Both the position numbers and the translations under genes were made by a program. This document shows, one piece after another, positions 48,961-58,333 of a DNA stretch of 64,000 nucleotides (position 1 is its first letter; each line of letters opens with the position of its first letter). Where the stretch lies: assembly GCA_002721445.1 (NCBI GenBank), contig PBKN01000012.1, positions 8,362-72,361 on the forward strand. The letters run 5' to 3'. This DNA comes from Chloroflexota bacterium. Its GTDB lineage: Bacteria; Chloroflexota; Dehalococcoidia; Lucifugimonadales; GCA-002723415. Under the pieces are notes generated by a model. The model had not been told where the DNA came from. It made no database searches and saw only the letters and a list, made by a program, of their open reading frames with translations.

Positions 48961-49527
48961 TCAATCTTCTGAATTAAGTATCTTACGTAATTTAATACTA
49001 GAATCTCTAGTACTTTTATTTTTTGCCACTGGAATATAATTACTATTTTTAACTTTTAAGCAAACAAATATAGGCCCTTCTTTTTTCATGATATTTGGTA
49101 ATTCAATAGAAAAATTTTCAAGGTCATCAAATGAATAACTTTCTTTAATTCCTGAACTACGTGCTATTCCAGCAAAATCAACCTTGCCTGCTCCAGGTAT
49201 TGGTTGTCCTCCAGTAGTAAAATATACTCCATCTTCAAAAACAAAATGAATTAAATTTTTTGGAGACTGATCAGCAATGGTTACAACCGATCCTAAATTT
49301 GTCAACAAGCCTCCATCACCGTCTAAAATAATGACTTTATCATTAGGTTTAGCTAAAGCAATTCCTAAGGCTACTGATGAAGCTTTTCCCATTGCTCCAT
49401 AAATAGGCAAATCTAAATTTTCTGAATTAGATACATCTTGCCAATACCTAGTTGGAGTCATAGTACTCACAACAATTGCATCATTCCGTTCTCTAGATAT
49501 TATATTTATTGCTTCATTTGCATCCAT
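48961..49527 (-). CDS. Thiamine-diphosphate-binding protein, sulfopyruvate/phosphonopyruvate decarboxylase beta-subunit-like
   Basis: 188 aa. GAMGKASSVALGIALA...ILDGDGGLLTNLG (GDG-x-N ThDP motif). Collinear by eye with ComE. Confidence 0.75.
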   Translation of the reverse strand: MDANEAINIISRERNDAIVVSTMTPTRYWQDVSNSENLDLPIYGAMGKASSVALGIALAKPNDKVIILDGDGGLLTNLGSVVTIADQSPKNLIHFVFEDGVYFTTGGQPIPGAGKVDFAGIARSSGIKESYSFDDLENFSIELPNIMKKEGPIFVCLKVKNSNYIPVAKNKSTRDSSIKLRKILNSED

Positions 49528-49567
49528 AATTTCACCTACTTAATAATTTCAAAATAAAATTCGCTAC

Positions 49568-50161
49568 TTATGATTTATAAGTCATATAATCTGGTAATCT
49601 ATCAATTAAATTTAATGCTAATAAAGTACGCTGCACAATAAAATCAGTAACTTCATCAACTGTTTTAAATTTTAAATAAAAAGGAGGTTCAACTGGAATT
49701 ATTTTTATTCCTAATTTAGATAATTTAGTCATATTCTCTAAATGGATAGTATTTAATGGACTCTCTCTAGGGACTATTACAAGCGGACGATCTTCTTTTA
49801 TAGAAACATCTGCAGCTCTTTTGACTAAATCTCCAGTAATACCTTGAGATATACTAGCAATAGTATTCATACTACACGGAACTATAGCCATGCCAAGAGT
49901 TTTAAAAGATCCACTAGCTATAGAAGCACTTAAATCATTCCCTGAAAAATATTGAAATCCTTTATACTCACTCCATTTCTCTAAAATTTCTCCAAAAGAT
50001 TCATCCATTTCTTGCTTCCAAACTAGTCTAGCGGAAGAAGTATTAGTAACAATTACTTTATAGTCATTTTCTAATAAATATTGTACCGTTTTATATCCCA
50101 ATGATGATCCACTAGCACCTGTAATACCTATTACAACTGGATCTTCATATTTCAAAACCAT
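49568..50161 (-). CDS. ubiX: Flavin prenyltransferase UbiX
   Basis: 197 aa. IGITGASGS N-terminus; PCSMNT and VPRESPL motifs. Confidence 0.9.
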   Translation of the reverse strand: MVLKYEDPVVIGITGASGSSLGYKTVQYLLENDYKVIVTNTSSARLVWKQEMDESFGEILEKWSEYKGFQYFSGNDLSASIASGSFKTLGMAIVPCSMNTIASISQGITGDLVKRAADVSIKEDRPLVIVPRESPLNTIHLENMTKLSKLGIKIIPVEPPFYLKFKTVDEVTDFIVQRTLLALNLIDRLPDYMTYKS

Positions 50162-50194
50162 TTTTCAAACTCCAAATATTAATATATATATATC

Positions 50195-51058
50195 CTATAA
50201 CAAAATGCCTATAGCTGTACAACTAAATATTGTAATTGAAAAAAAAGAATTAAATTTAAAAAAAGCAATTTTTGAATTATTAATACCATTTATTACAATA
50301 ATATAATGTTTATAAAATAATATAAAAAATCCTAATATACATCCAATAAAATAAACTATCGATAATTCTGAGTATATACCTAGAATAATAAATAATATTA
50401 TTGAACTAATATCTAATATTCTGCAAATTAGTAAAGATTTCTTAATTCCAAAACGTCTTGCAATAGAGTGCAATCCATATTTTGAATGGAATTCAATATC
50501 TCCCATATGATAAATAATATCAAAGCTAGAAGCCCAAAAGAATATAGATAATGATAATAGCAATGGCTCAACATCTAAATTACCAGTAACTGCAATCCAA
50601 GAAGCTGATGGAGCGATTGATAAGGCACCTCCAAGTAAAAAACTTGACATCCAAGTATATCTTTTTGAATATGAATATAAAAAAACATATGCAGCTGCAA
50701 ATGGAGATAATATTAAAGTTGTTTTATTTATTTGTGAAGATATAAATAAAAATAAAATTAATGAAATAATAATTATAAAAATCATGTTATTAGTAGATAA
50801 TTTACCTAGAGGTAAATGTCTGTTTTGTTTACTAGGTATTAATTTATCAATATCTTTATCAATTAAACGGTTAGATGACATCCCAAAAGTTCTAACGCAA
50901 ATCATTGCTAAGGTAATCAAAAAGAATATATTTAAATCAGGTAAGCCTTTACTAGCCATCATCATACCCATATAAGCAAATGGTAATGCAAATATAGATT
51001 CTTGAATTTTTATTGCCTCGAATAAATATACTATTTTTGCAAAGTTAAAAACTTTCAA
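50195..51058 (-). CDS. ubiA: UbiA-family aromatic prenyltransferase (4-hydroxybenzoate polyprenyltransferase / MqnP-like)
   Basis: 287 aa with about 8-9 TM helices. NRLIDKDID Asp-rich motif. TTG start 2 nt after the ubiD stop. Confidence 0.8.
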   Translation of the reverse strand: MKVFNFAKIVYLFEAIKIQESIFALPFAYMGMMMASKGLPDLNIFFLITLAMICVRTFGMSSNRLIDKDIDKLIPSKQNRHLPLGKLSTNNMIFIIIISLILFLFISSQINKTTLILSPFAAAYVFLYSYSKRYTWMSSFLLGGALSIAPSASWIAVTGNLDVEPLLLSLSIFFWASSFDIIYHMGDIEFHSKYGLHSIARRFGIKKSLLICRILDISSIILFIILGIYSELSIVYFIGCILGFFILFYKHYIIVINGINNSKIAFFKFNSFFSITIFSCTAIGILL

Positions 51059-51060
51059 TA

Positions 51061-52515
51061 CTATATCCTATAACTATGCCATTTTTGAGTAACAAGATTT
51101 TTTATATCCTGTTCCATAATAATCTCATCAGGCCATTCTTTCGTTCTTCCATCTTTTTTACCTTTTGTAGTTGCATCTAAACCAATTTTGCTTCCATATT
51201 TAGGAGTAGTGGTAGCATGATCTAAATCATCTGCGGGACCTTCTACTATTACCAAGTCAGTCGAAGGATTAATATTTGTGGAAACTCTCCATGCAACTTC
51301 AGACATGTCATGAACATTTACATAGCTATCAAGCACTATTATAGTCTTAGATAACATTAATAATCCAAGTCCCCATAATGCATACATGACTTTTCTAGCA
51401 TGGCCTGGGTAGGCTTTTTTAATAGAAACAATTAATATATTATGAAACGCTCCTTCAGCAGGCATATTGATGTCTACAATTTCAGGCAATGTCATTTGTA
51501 AAGCAGGAAACAATACCTTTGTTGAAGCAGACCCCATATAGTAATCCTCACTAGGAGGCCTGCCAACAATAGTTGTTAAATAAATTGGATTTTTCCTATG
51601 AGTAATTGCAGTCAAATGAAATACAGGATACTCATCTGCAGGAGAGTAATATCCTGTGTGATCTCCAAAAGGCCCTTCATTTCTAAGTTCTCCTGGAATA
51701 ACATATCCTTCTAATACATATTCAGAATAAGCAGGAACTTCTAAGTCAACAGTCTTACATTTAACCATACTGACAGATTTCCCACGTAATATACCTGATA
51801 CAACTATTTCGTCCATATTTGGAGGTATAGGTAATGACCCGGACCAAACAGTAGTCGGGTCTCCTCCTATAGAAATAGCTACTTCAATTTTTTTTATTTC
51901 ATTTTCTTCAGCTTGACGGTAATGTTGAGAACCTACTTTATGAGTTTGCCAATGCATACCTGAGGTTTTAGAATCAAAAATTTGCATTCTATATGTCCCA
52001 ACATTTCTACGTCCAGTCACAACATCTTTAGTAATTACTAATGGCAGAGTAATATATTTGCCAGCATCTAATGGCCAACATTTTAATGCGGGTAAAATAC
52101 TGAAATCAGCATCAGAGTCCAAATACACCACTTCCTGGCAAGGTGCTTGACTTATAATATTAGGTTTAGTTCTGGCTATACCAAATAAATTTTTCAAAAG
52201 ATTTATTTTATTCATCAAACCTTCTGGCGGACCTTCAACAAGATTTAATAAACCTCGGACTCTATCAGTAATTTCATTTATATTATTAACACCTAATGCC
52301 CATGCCATTCTCTGATGAGATCCAAAAATATTAATTAGTATAGGAACATCATAGCCTTCTACATTTTCAAATAATAATGCTGGTCCTTTATCTTTAACTA
52401 CTCTATCTACAATTTCAGTTATTTCAAGTTCTGGAGATACCTTTTCTGATATTCTACGTAGATCACCTTTATGATCAAGAAAATCAATAAATTGCCTTAT
52501 GTCATCAAATCTCAT
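51061..52515 (-). CDS. ubiD: UbiD-family prenyl-FMN-dependent decarboxylase
   Basis: 484 aa. RRNVGTYRMQ and GPFGDHTGYY motifs. Confidence 0.9.
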   Translation of the reverse strand: MRFDDIRQFIDFLDHKGDLRRISEKVSPELEITEIVDRVVKDKGPALLFENVEGYDVPILINIFGSHQRMAWALGVNNINEITDRVRGLLNLVEGPPEGLMNKINLLKNLFGIARTKPNIISQAPCQEVVYLDSDADFSILPALKCWPLDAGKYITLPLVITKDVVTGRRNVGTYRMQIFDSKTSGMHWQTHKVGSQHYRQAEENEIKKIEVAISIGGDPTTVWSGSLPIPPNMDEIVVSGILRGKSVSMVKCKTVDLEVPAYSEYVLEGYVIPGELRNEGPFGDHTGYYSPADEYPVFHLTAITHRKNPIYLTTIVGRPPSEDYYMGSASTKVLFPALQMTLPEIVDINMPAEGAFHNILIVSIKKAYPGHARKVMYALWGLGLLMLSKTIIVLDSYVNVHDMSEVAWRVSTNINPSTDLVIVEGPADDLDHATTTPKYGSKIGLDATTKGKKDGRTKEWPDEIIMEQDIKNLVTQKWHSYRI

Positions 52516-52548
52516 ATTAACTAACCTTACCTTATAAATAGATATATA

Positions 52549-53679
52549 TTATTTTAAATTATTTTCTCTGATTTCAGAAGAAGTAATATCTTCACGAAAT
52601 TCAGATTCACTTATTGGGAAAAAAATATCTTTATAATAATTGTCAATCTTTATATCCTTCAAAGTAATAAATCGACCTTGATATTTACGACCTGCAACAT
52701 AAAATTTACAACCATTATTATAAATTTCCATAATTGATTTATGCATTAATCTTTCATTATTTTCATAGTATTTTTTATCAAATAATCTCATAGCAGTATC
52801 TATGCCAATTATAAAATTAGTTTCTTTAAATAACTCTGACTTCATATGAAATTTACTTGAATTAGTTATTAAAAGAGGATAATTATTTTTAAATTGTGAA
52901 ACTCTTAAATTTAGATCTTTTTCTAATAAATTAGATTTATCTACATTAGGAATAGATATCTCAAAGCATACATCACTACTAAATAAGGTTTTTGAAAATT
53001 TATAAAGTTCTATATGGCCTTTATGTAAAGGATTAAATGATCCGGATATTATAGCACTAGGTTTCAAAAAATTATTAATAATTTCACCATTTATATCTAT
53101 TAATATGCTTTTAAGATGATTATTACTCAAAGATTCAAAGTAACTACCGTACTCTTTTTTGTTTATATTAATATCTTTTGACTCTAAGCTTTGTCTATTA
53201 TTATAAAAATCATTTATTGCTTTAATAACACAATTACTAATTATGTTCTCATAATAATTCCTGCTTAAAGATTGATTTTGAAAATTAATTTCATATTTGA
53301 TTAATCCCATTGAATGGTATATTGCGATATAGCTCTTAATCTCACCTTTTTTATTATAATATGTTGGCAATGTTGCGGTTATACTAACGCCTAATATATT
53401 ACTATTATCATTAAATTTTAATTTTAAAGCACGATCATAAGCTTTTTTAGCCATTAATTCTGCAGTTTCAGGACTTACATATTTTTCAGGCTTTAAACCT
53501 AAAAAATCATCTAATGAATTATTCGAATAAGGAATTATTATTTCTAATACTGTCTTTGAAGACCCAGGTATTGACAATATTCTATCAATTGCCCTACCTC
53601 CTGCTCCTGCAAAAACCAAAACAAATTCAATATTAGAATCATGCAGATTTTTAACATCATTTAATATATCCTCTTCCAT
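52549..53679 (-). CDS. Two-domain protein: CinA/PncC-like N-terminal domain fused to a nucleotidyltransferase (NMNAT/NadD-like) domain
   Basis: 376 aa. N-terminus (VLVFAGAGGRAIDRILSIPGSSKTVLEIIIPYSN) aligns by eye with PncC (TTAESCTGG...IAGSS...VTYSN). C-terminal domain carries the GSFNPLHKGH (HxGH) nucleotidyltransferase signature. Confidence 0.6.
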   Translation of the reverse strand: MEEDILNDVKNLHDSNIEFVLVFAGAGGRAIDRILSIPGSSKTVLEIIIPYSNNSLDDFLGLKPEKYVSPETAELMAKKAYDRALKLKFNDNSNILGVSITATLPTYYNKKGEIKSYIAIYHSMGLIKYEINFQNQSLSRNYYENIISNCVIKAINDFYNNRQSLESKDININKKEYGSYFESLSNNHLKSILIDINGEIINNFLKPSAIISGSFNPLHKGHIELYKFSKTLFSSDVCFEISIPNVDKSNLLEKDLNLRVSQFKNNYPLLITNSSKFHMKSELFKETNFIIGIDTAMRLFDKKYYENNERLMHKSIMEIYNNGCKFYVAGRKYQGRFITLKDIKIDNYYKDIFFPISESEFREDITSSEIRENNLK

Positions 53680-53701
53680 GAATTAATTTTCTTTCTGAAA
53701 T

Positions 53702-54619
53702 TTATTTTTTAATACTTCTTACTACTTCTAAAATACCTTGATCTAATAAGGTTTTCGGTTCCCATCTTAATATTTCATTTGCTTTTTTTATACTTAAGCT
53801 TACTCTCTCAGCTTCACCTTTTCTAATATTAGCAAAACTTGGCTCCACATCAATTCCAATACTATTACGCACACTAGAAAATATTTCAAAATCTGAAATT
53901 TCTTTTCCTGAAGCCAAATTAAATGTTTGATTATCGCCAGCCACATCCAATACATTTAAATTTGCCATTACTATATCATTGACAAATACATAGTCCCTAG
54001 TCTTATTTCCATCACCGTAAATTACTGGCCGAATACCATTTAACATTTGTCCTGTAAATATTGATACTACTCCAGCTTCACCAAGTGGATTTTGACGAGG
54101 CCCAAATACATTACCGTAGCGAAAAATTGTATATTTAAGATGGCTTGATTTCGAAAAAAATCTAATATAATTTTCAGCAGTGTATTTACTCAATCCATAT
54201 ATAGACTTAGGATCTATAGGATGCTCTTCATCCATAGGTAAATAAGAAGGTTCTGAATATACTGCACAAGTAGAAGAAAAAACTATTTTTTTTACTTTAT
54301 AAGTTAAACATAAATTTAATATATTTAATGTGCCAATAACATTTGTAGAAACATCATTAGTAGGACTTTCTTCTGACAAACGTACACTAGTCTGCGCAGC
54401 ATGATGACTAACTAAATCTGGTTTTTCAAATTCAAATATTGATTTAAGTTTAAAAGAATCTAATATGTCAACTTCATAGAAATTAGCAGCTTTATTTACA
54501 TTATAAATGTCTCCAGTAGATAAATTATCAAGAACACTTACCTTATGACCAGCGCTAATTAATGCATCAACTAAATGTGAAGCAATAAATCCTGCTCCAC
54601 CTGTAATTAATATTTTCAT
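53702..54619 (-). CDS. NAD-dependent sugar-nucleotide epimerase/dehydratase (GalE-like)
   Basis: 305 aa. ILITGGAGFIASH Rossmann motif and the YGLSK (YxxxK) catalytic motif. Confidence 0.85.
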   Translation of the reverse strand: MKILITGGAGFIASHLVDALISAGHKVSVLDNLSTGDIYNVNKAANFYEVDILDSFKLKSIFEFEKPDLVSHHAAQTSVRLSEESPTNDVSTNVIGTLNILNLCLTYKVKKIVFSSTCAVYSEPSYLPMDEEHPIDPKSIYGLSKYTAENYIRFFSKSSHLKYTIFRYGNVFGPRQNPLGEAGVVSIFTGQMLNGIRPVIYGDGNKTRDYVFVNDIVMANLNVLDVAGDNQTFNLASGKEISDFEIFSSVRNSIGIDVEPSFANIRKGEAERVSLSIKKANEILRWEPKTLLDQGILEVVRSIKK

Positions 54620-54636
54620 GATTACTCCACTTGCAA

Positions 54637-55164
54637 TTATACAAGATTAATTAATCTTGTAGATAAAATAGACTTTATAAATAGCATAATAACCATACTC
54701 ATTAAAATAAATAAAACTGAAAACCAGCTCCATTCATTTTGTAAACATATACCTAATATCGTCCCTGCTGCAGGAGGATGTTCGGTATCTGTAATTACCA
54801 TTATAAAAATTGTTAATACGACTAATACCGCTACCAAAATGTCCCTAAATAAAGTAGATGATTCATATAAACCGTTTAACCCCACAAATGTAAGAACCAT
54901 CATAAATAAACCTCCTGTAATTATTGCAATAGTATGTCCTCCAATTACTCTTCGCACATTAGAAACAGTAGACTTTGGCATTACAAATATAGTGAAAGCA
55001 GATGATGCAACAGCTATAACAATTGGTGCTCTTAAAACTACATCACCTAATAACAATAATATAATAAAAATTGGTATACAGATCCCGATTTGAAAAATAT
55101 ACCTTAACGGATTCAATAAGAATTTATCATCAAAAACGTTGCTATTCAGATTAAATTTCTTCAA
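54637..55164 (-). CDS. HPP-family membrane protein
   Basis: 175 aa with 4-5 TM helices and the TDTEHPPAAGT (HPP) motif. TTG start. Confidence 0.7.
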   Translation of the reverse strand: MKKFNLNSNVFDDKFLLNPLRYIFQIGICIPIFIILLLLGDVVLRAPIVIAVASSAFTIFVMPKSTVSNVRRVIGGHTIAIITGGLFMMVLTFVGLNGLYESSTLFRDILVAVLVVLTIFIMVITDTEHPPAAGTILGICLQNEWSWFSVLFILMSMVIMLFIKSILSTRLINLV

Positions 55165-55279
55165 ATATACACCTTTTAATAGAGTTCACTAATTACTATT
55201 TTGCTATATTATATATAAATGATACATATATATATATATTTTTTAAACCTATTATAAAATCTATATATCCGAGTAAAAA

Positions 55280-56719
55280 ATGAGTACAGAGTGGAAACCT
55301 AAACCCGGCGATAAAGTAATACGTCATCCTAGAGAAGAACAAATTAGGCCTATCAGCCTAAAACTATCTTCTCGAAAAGTAAATTCCAGAGTATTCGCAT
55401 CTCCACTTTTATTAATATACCTGTTTGCTTCATTAATATTTTCCGGTACCATATTATTAATGCTACCTATTTCTAATGCAAATTCAGAAATCACGCCTTT
55501 TATTGATGCATTATACACTGCGACTTCTGCTGTTACAGTTACAGGCCTAATATTACATAATACAGGACAATATTGGAGCACATTTGGACAAGCAGTAATA
55601 CTATTCATGATATTTACTGGTGGCTTAGGTTTTATGAGTTTAGCAACTTTTTTGTTGGTCCTAGTAGGTCAAAAAGTTACTCTTTCCCAAAAATTATTAG
55701 TTAGAGAAAGTATTACCTCAGATAATTCTTTACAAATAGGAGGATTAGTTCAAATCACTATCAGAATAGTTATATTAGCAGTATTTATACAATTTATTGG
55801 ATTTCTATTCTTATTATTAAAATATTCTCTAGATTATTCTCTTCAAGAAGCATCATGGCTGGCTATTTTTCATTCAGTTTCAGGCTTTAATAACGCTGGA
55901 TTTATATTGTTTTCAGAAACTGATATAAATTCATACTTAAAAAATGATTATTATTTTACATGGGTAATTAATGTATTAAGTATATTAGGTTCTATAGGGT
56001 TTTGGGTAATAGTTGATGTAATAAAAAATAAAAATTTTCAGCCTCTACAACTAACTTCGAAAATAGTAATTCTGTCTACATTTATTGTTATATTTATGAG
56101 TGGAATATTTTTCTTTTCTTCCGAATACAATAATGAAAAAACCATTGGAGATATGAATATCCCTGATAAAATCCATCATTCACTATTTGAATCTATAAGT
56201 GGAAGAACTGCTGGTTTTTCTACTATTGATTTTAATGAAACTAATTCTGCCACTAAATTTTTCTTCAGTGGAATGATGATAATTGGAGGCGCTTCAGGAT
56301 CAACAGCAAGTGGATTAAAGATTAATACTGTAGCTATTATAATTATTGCAGTAATATGCACACTAAAAGGTCAAAACAGGATTACTTCCTTCAAGCGTGA
56401 AATTTCTATTCAATTAGTAAAAAAAGCAATAGTAATTTGTGTACCAAGTATATTAATTCTTTTTACATTAATGATTATTTTAATGATATTCGAACCAAAT
56501 TTTTTATTTATTAACACTTTTTTTGAAGTACATTCAGCATTTGCAAATGTTGGACTTACAACAGGAATCAGTGGAAAAATATCTCCACTTGGAGATATAA
56601 TTATAATAATATCAATGTTTTTGGGTCGTATTGTACCACTAGCCATTGCATTTCTTATTACAATTCAAAATGAATATGAAACATTTAGATATCCTAATGA
56701 AAGAATAACAATTGGATAA
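55280..56719 (+). CDS. ktrB: Trk/Ktr-type K+ uptake membrane subunit
   Basis: 479 aa, polytopic. Repeated selectivity-filter-like segments (TATSAVTVTGL, SGFNNAGF, SGRTAGFS, FANVGLTTG). Confidence 0.85.
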   Translation: MSTEWKPKPGDKVIRHPREEQIRPISLKLSSRKVNSRVFASPLLLIYLFASLIFSGTILLMLPISNANSEITPFIDALYTATSAVTVTGLILHNTGQYWSTFGQAVILFMIFTGGLGFMSLATFLLVLVGQKVTLSQKLLVRESITSDNSLQIGGLVQITIRIVILAVFIQFIGFLFLLLKYSLDYSLQEASWLAIFHSVSGFNNAGFILFSETDINSYLKNDYYFTWVINVLSILGSIGFWVIVDVIKNKNFQPLQLTSKIVILSTFIVIFMSGIFFFSSEYNNEKTIGDMNIPDKIHHSLFESISGRTAGFSTIDFNETNSATKFFFSGMMIIGGASGSTASGLKINTVAIIIIAVICTLKGQNRITSFKREISIQLVKKAIVICVPSILILFTLMIILMIFEPNFLFINTFFEVHSAFANVGLTTGISGKISPLGDIIIIISMFLGRIVPLAIAFLITIQNEYETFRYPNERITIG

Positions 56720-56749
56720 TTATAAAAACAATTTATTAAAGGTGACAAA

Positions 56750-57415
56750 ATGAAAAAACAAGTATTAGTAATAGGACTTGGAAGATTTGGTTCAAGCGTT
56801 GTTAGATCACTTTATAATACAGGTAATGATGTATTAGCTATTGATATTGAGGGTTCAAGAGTTGCTAATATTATGACCCAAGCTACCCATGCACTCACTG
56901 CTGATGCAACGAATGAAACCGTTTTAAAAGATTTAGGAGTTCAAGATTATGATGCAGCTATAGTTGCAATCGGCTCCAATATTGTACCTAGTATAATGGC
57001 ATCAGTTTTACTAAAAACAATGGGTGTCCCATACATAGTTGCAAGAGCATCTAATGAATTACATGGAAACACTCTAGAAAGAATTGGAGTTGATAAAATA
57101 ATTCATGCAGAAAATGAAATGGGAGTTAGGTTAGGCCATAATTTATTTAATCCTAATGTACAAGAATATTTGGAAGTAACTCCAAGTTACGGAATCAGTA
57201 AAATGAAAATACCTACAAATTTTATAGATAAAACTCTAAAGGAATTAGGTTTTTCAAATCCTAGGGACAAATACGGACTAGCAGTTATTGCTATACGTAG
57301 AAGCGATACAGACATAACATTAAACCCAGATATAAATGACCGTTTACAAGCTGGCGATTGGTTGATTTTTGCTGGAAAAGATGAGTTAATTGATCAGATT
57401 GAAATCGCTGATTGA
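56750..57415 (+). CDS. ktrA: Trk/Ktr K+ uptake regulatory subunit (RCK N + C domains)
   Basis: 221 aa. VIGLGRFGSSV Rossmann motif and a C-terminal TrkA-C-like region. Confidence 0.88.
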   Translation: MKKQVLVIGLGRFGSSVVRSLYNTGNDVLAIDIEGSRVANIMTQATHALTADATNETVLKDLGVQDYDAAIVAIGSNIVPSIMASVLLKTMGVPYIVARASNELHGNTLERIGVDKIIHAENEMGVRLGHNLFNPNVQEYLEVTPSYGISKMKIPTNFIDKTLKELGFSNPRDKYGLAVIAIRRSDTDITLNPDINDRLQAGDWLIFAGKDELIDQIEIAD

Positions 57416-57452
57416 TTAAACTAAAATTTATAATTAAGTATCAGGTGCTAAT

Positions 57453-57872
57453 ATTTCTCCTTTATTAATTTACGTACAAGGAAACGAATTCGACAAAGAG
57501 CTCTTAGATATAGCTTTTAATAACTTGAACCCAAATGAAGATGTTATTCATTTAATATATGTTATTGAAATGGATCGAACCTTACCAATTGACTCAGAAA
57601 TACCTCCACTTACAGCTAAGGGCGAAAATACTTTGAAAAACCTTGAATTCCTTGCAAAAAGATTAAAATTTAATGTTGAAGGTCATTTAGTGCAATCTAG
57701 AGATATTGGCTCTGCAATAATTCAAGAATCATTCGAAAAAAATATAAATACAATAATTATAGAATTACAAAAAAATGAAATAAATGATTACTACCCTTTA
57801 AACAAAATGGCTGAATATTTGTTAATAAATTCAAAATGCCAGGTAATACTAGTTAAACCAAGATCCGCTTAA
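57453..57872 (+). CDS. Universal stress protein family, proposed ATT (AUU) start
   Basis: The track ORF starts at TTG 57525. In-frame upstream codons encode ISPLLIYVQGNEFDKELLDIAFNN, which resembles the USP beta1-alpha1 region. ATT at 57453 lies 5 nt after AGGTG (57443-57447). In-frame TAA at 57435-57437. Confidence 0.6.
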   Translation: MSPLLIYVQGNEFDKELLDIAFNNLNPNEDVIHLIYVIEMDRTLPIDSEIPPLTAKGENTLKNLEFLAKRLKFNVEGHLVQSRDIGSAIIQESFEKNINTIIIELQKNEINDYYPLNKMAEYLLINSKCQVILVKPRSA

Positions 57873-57898
57873 AATATATAAGTTAGGAATAGATTAAT

Positions 57899-58333
57899 AT
57901 GTCACAAATCAACATGATGTCTAAGGTCTCTATTATAGGCTGTGGTAATTCTGGATCTAAAATTGCAATTAATTTCGCTAATATTGGTTATCAAATAGAC
58001 ATAATAGACATAAATTACAAAAACCTTATGAAACTACCTCAAAATTTAATTTCAGAAGGTTATTTAAATCCTATGGTAGGAAATGCAATGAATATATTAG
58101 AACTCAAAAACCTAATTGACCCAGATTGTAATACTTGTATAATATTAACAGGTAATGATTCTACTAATGCTTTAATTTCTCAAATCTTCAAAAATGAATT
58201 TAATATATCTAAGATTATATGTAAAATTAATGACCAAATAACTAATGAACTATATTCAAATTTAGGATTTATTACTATAAACCAAAATGACTTATTCAAT
58301 AAAAAACTATTAGATCTATTTGAGAGCAATTAA
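57899..58333 (+). CDS. Stand-alone TrkA-N (RCK N-terminal, NAD-binding) domain protein
   Basis: 144 aa. IIGCGNSGSKIA GxGxxG motif and a TrkA-N-like layout. No TrkA-C domain. Confidence 0.65.
   Translation: MSQINMMSKVSIIGCGNSGSKIAINFANIGYQIDIIDINYKNLMKLPQNLISEGYLNPMVGNAMNILELKNLIDPDCNTCIILTGNDSTNALISQIFKNEFNISKIICKINDQITNELYSNLGFITINQNDLFNKKLLDLFESN

Noticed and set aside
55225-55240. (TA)n microsatellite in the HPP / ktrB divergent spacer; similar TA runs near 62645-62660, 50181-50195 and 1071-1085
   Set aside because: Short simple repeats consistent with base composition. Not arrayed, with no spacers, so not CRISPR-like or a mobile-element terminus.
55165-55279. Possible c-di-AMP (ydaO-type) riboswitch upstream of ktrB
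   Set aside because: The spacer is only 115 bp and almost pure A/T with no conserved G/C-containing helices. It cannot form the known pseudo-symmetric fold.
54839-56646. ORFs 54839..55093 (+) and 55324..55608, 56176..56361, 56410..56646 (-)
   Set aside because: They are antisense to the HPP-family gene and ktrB. The hydrophobic mirror frames of membrane genes commonly stay open.
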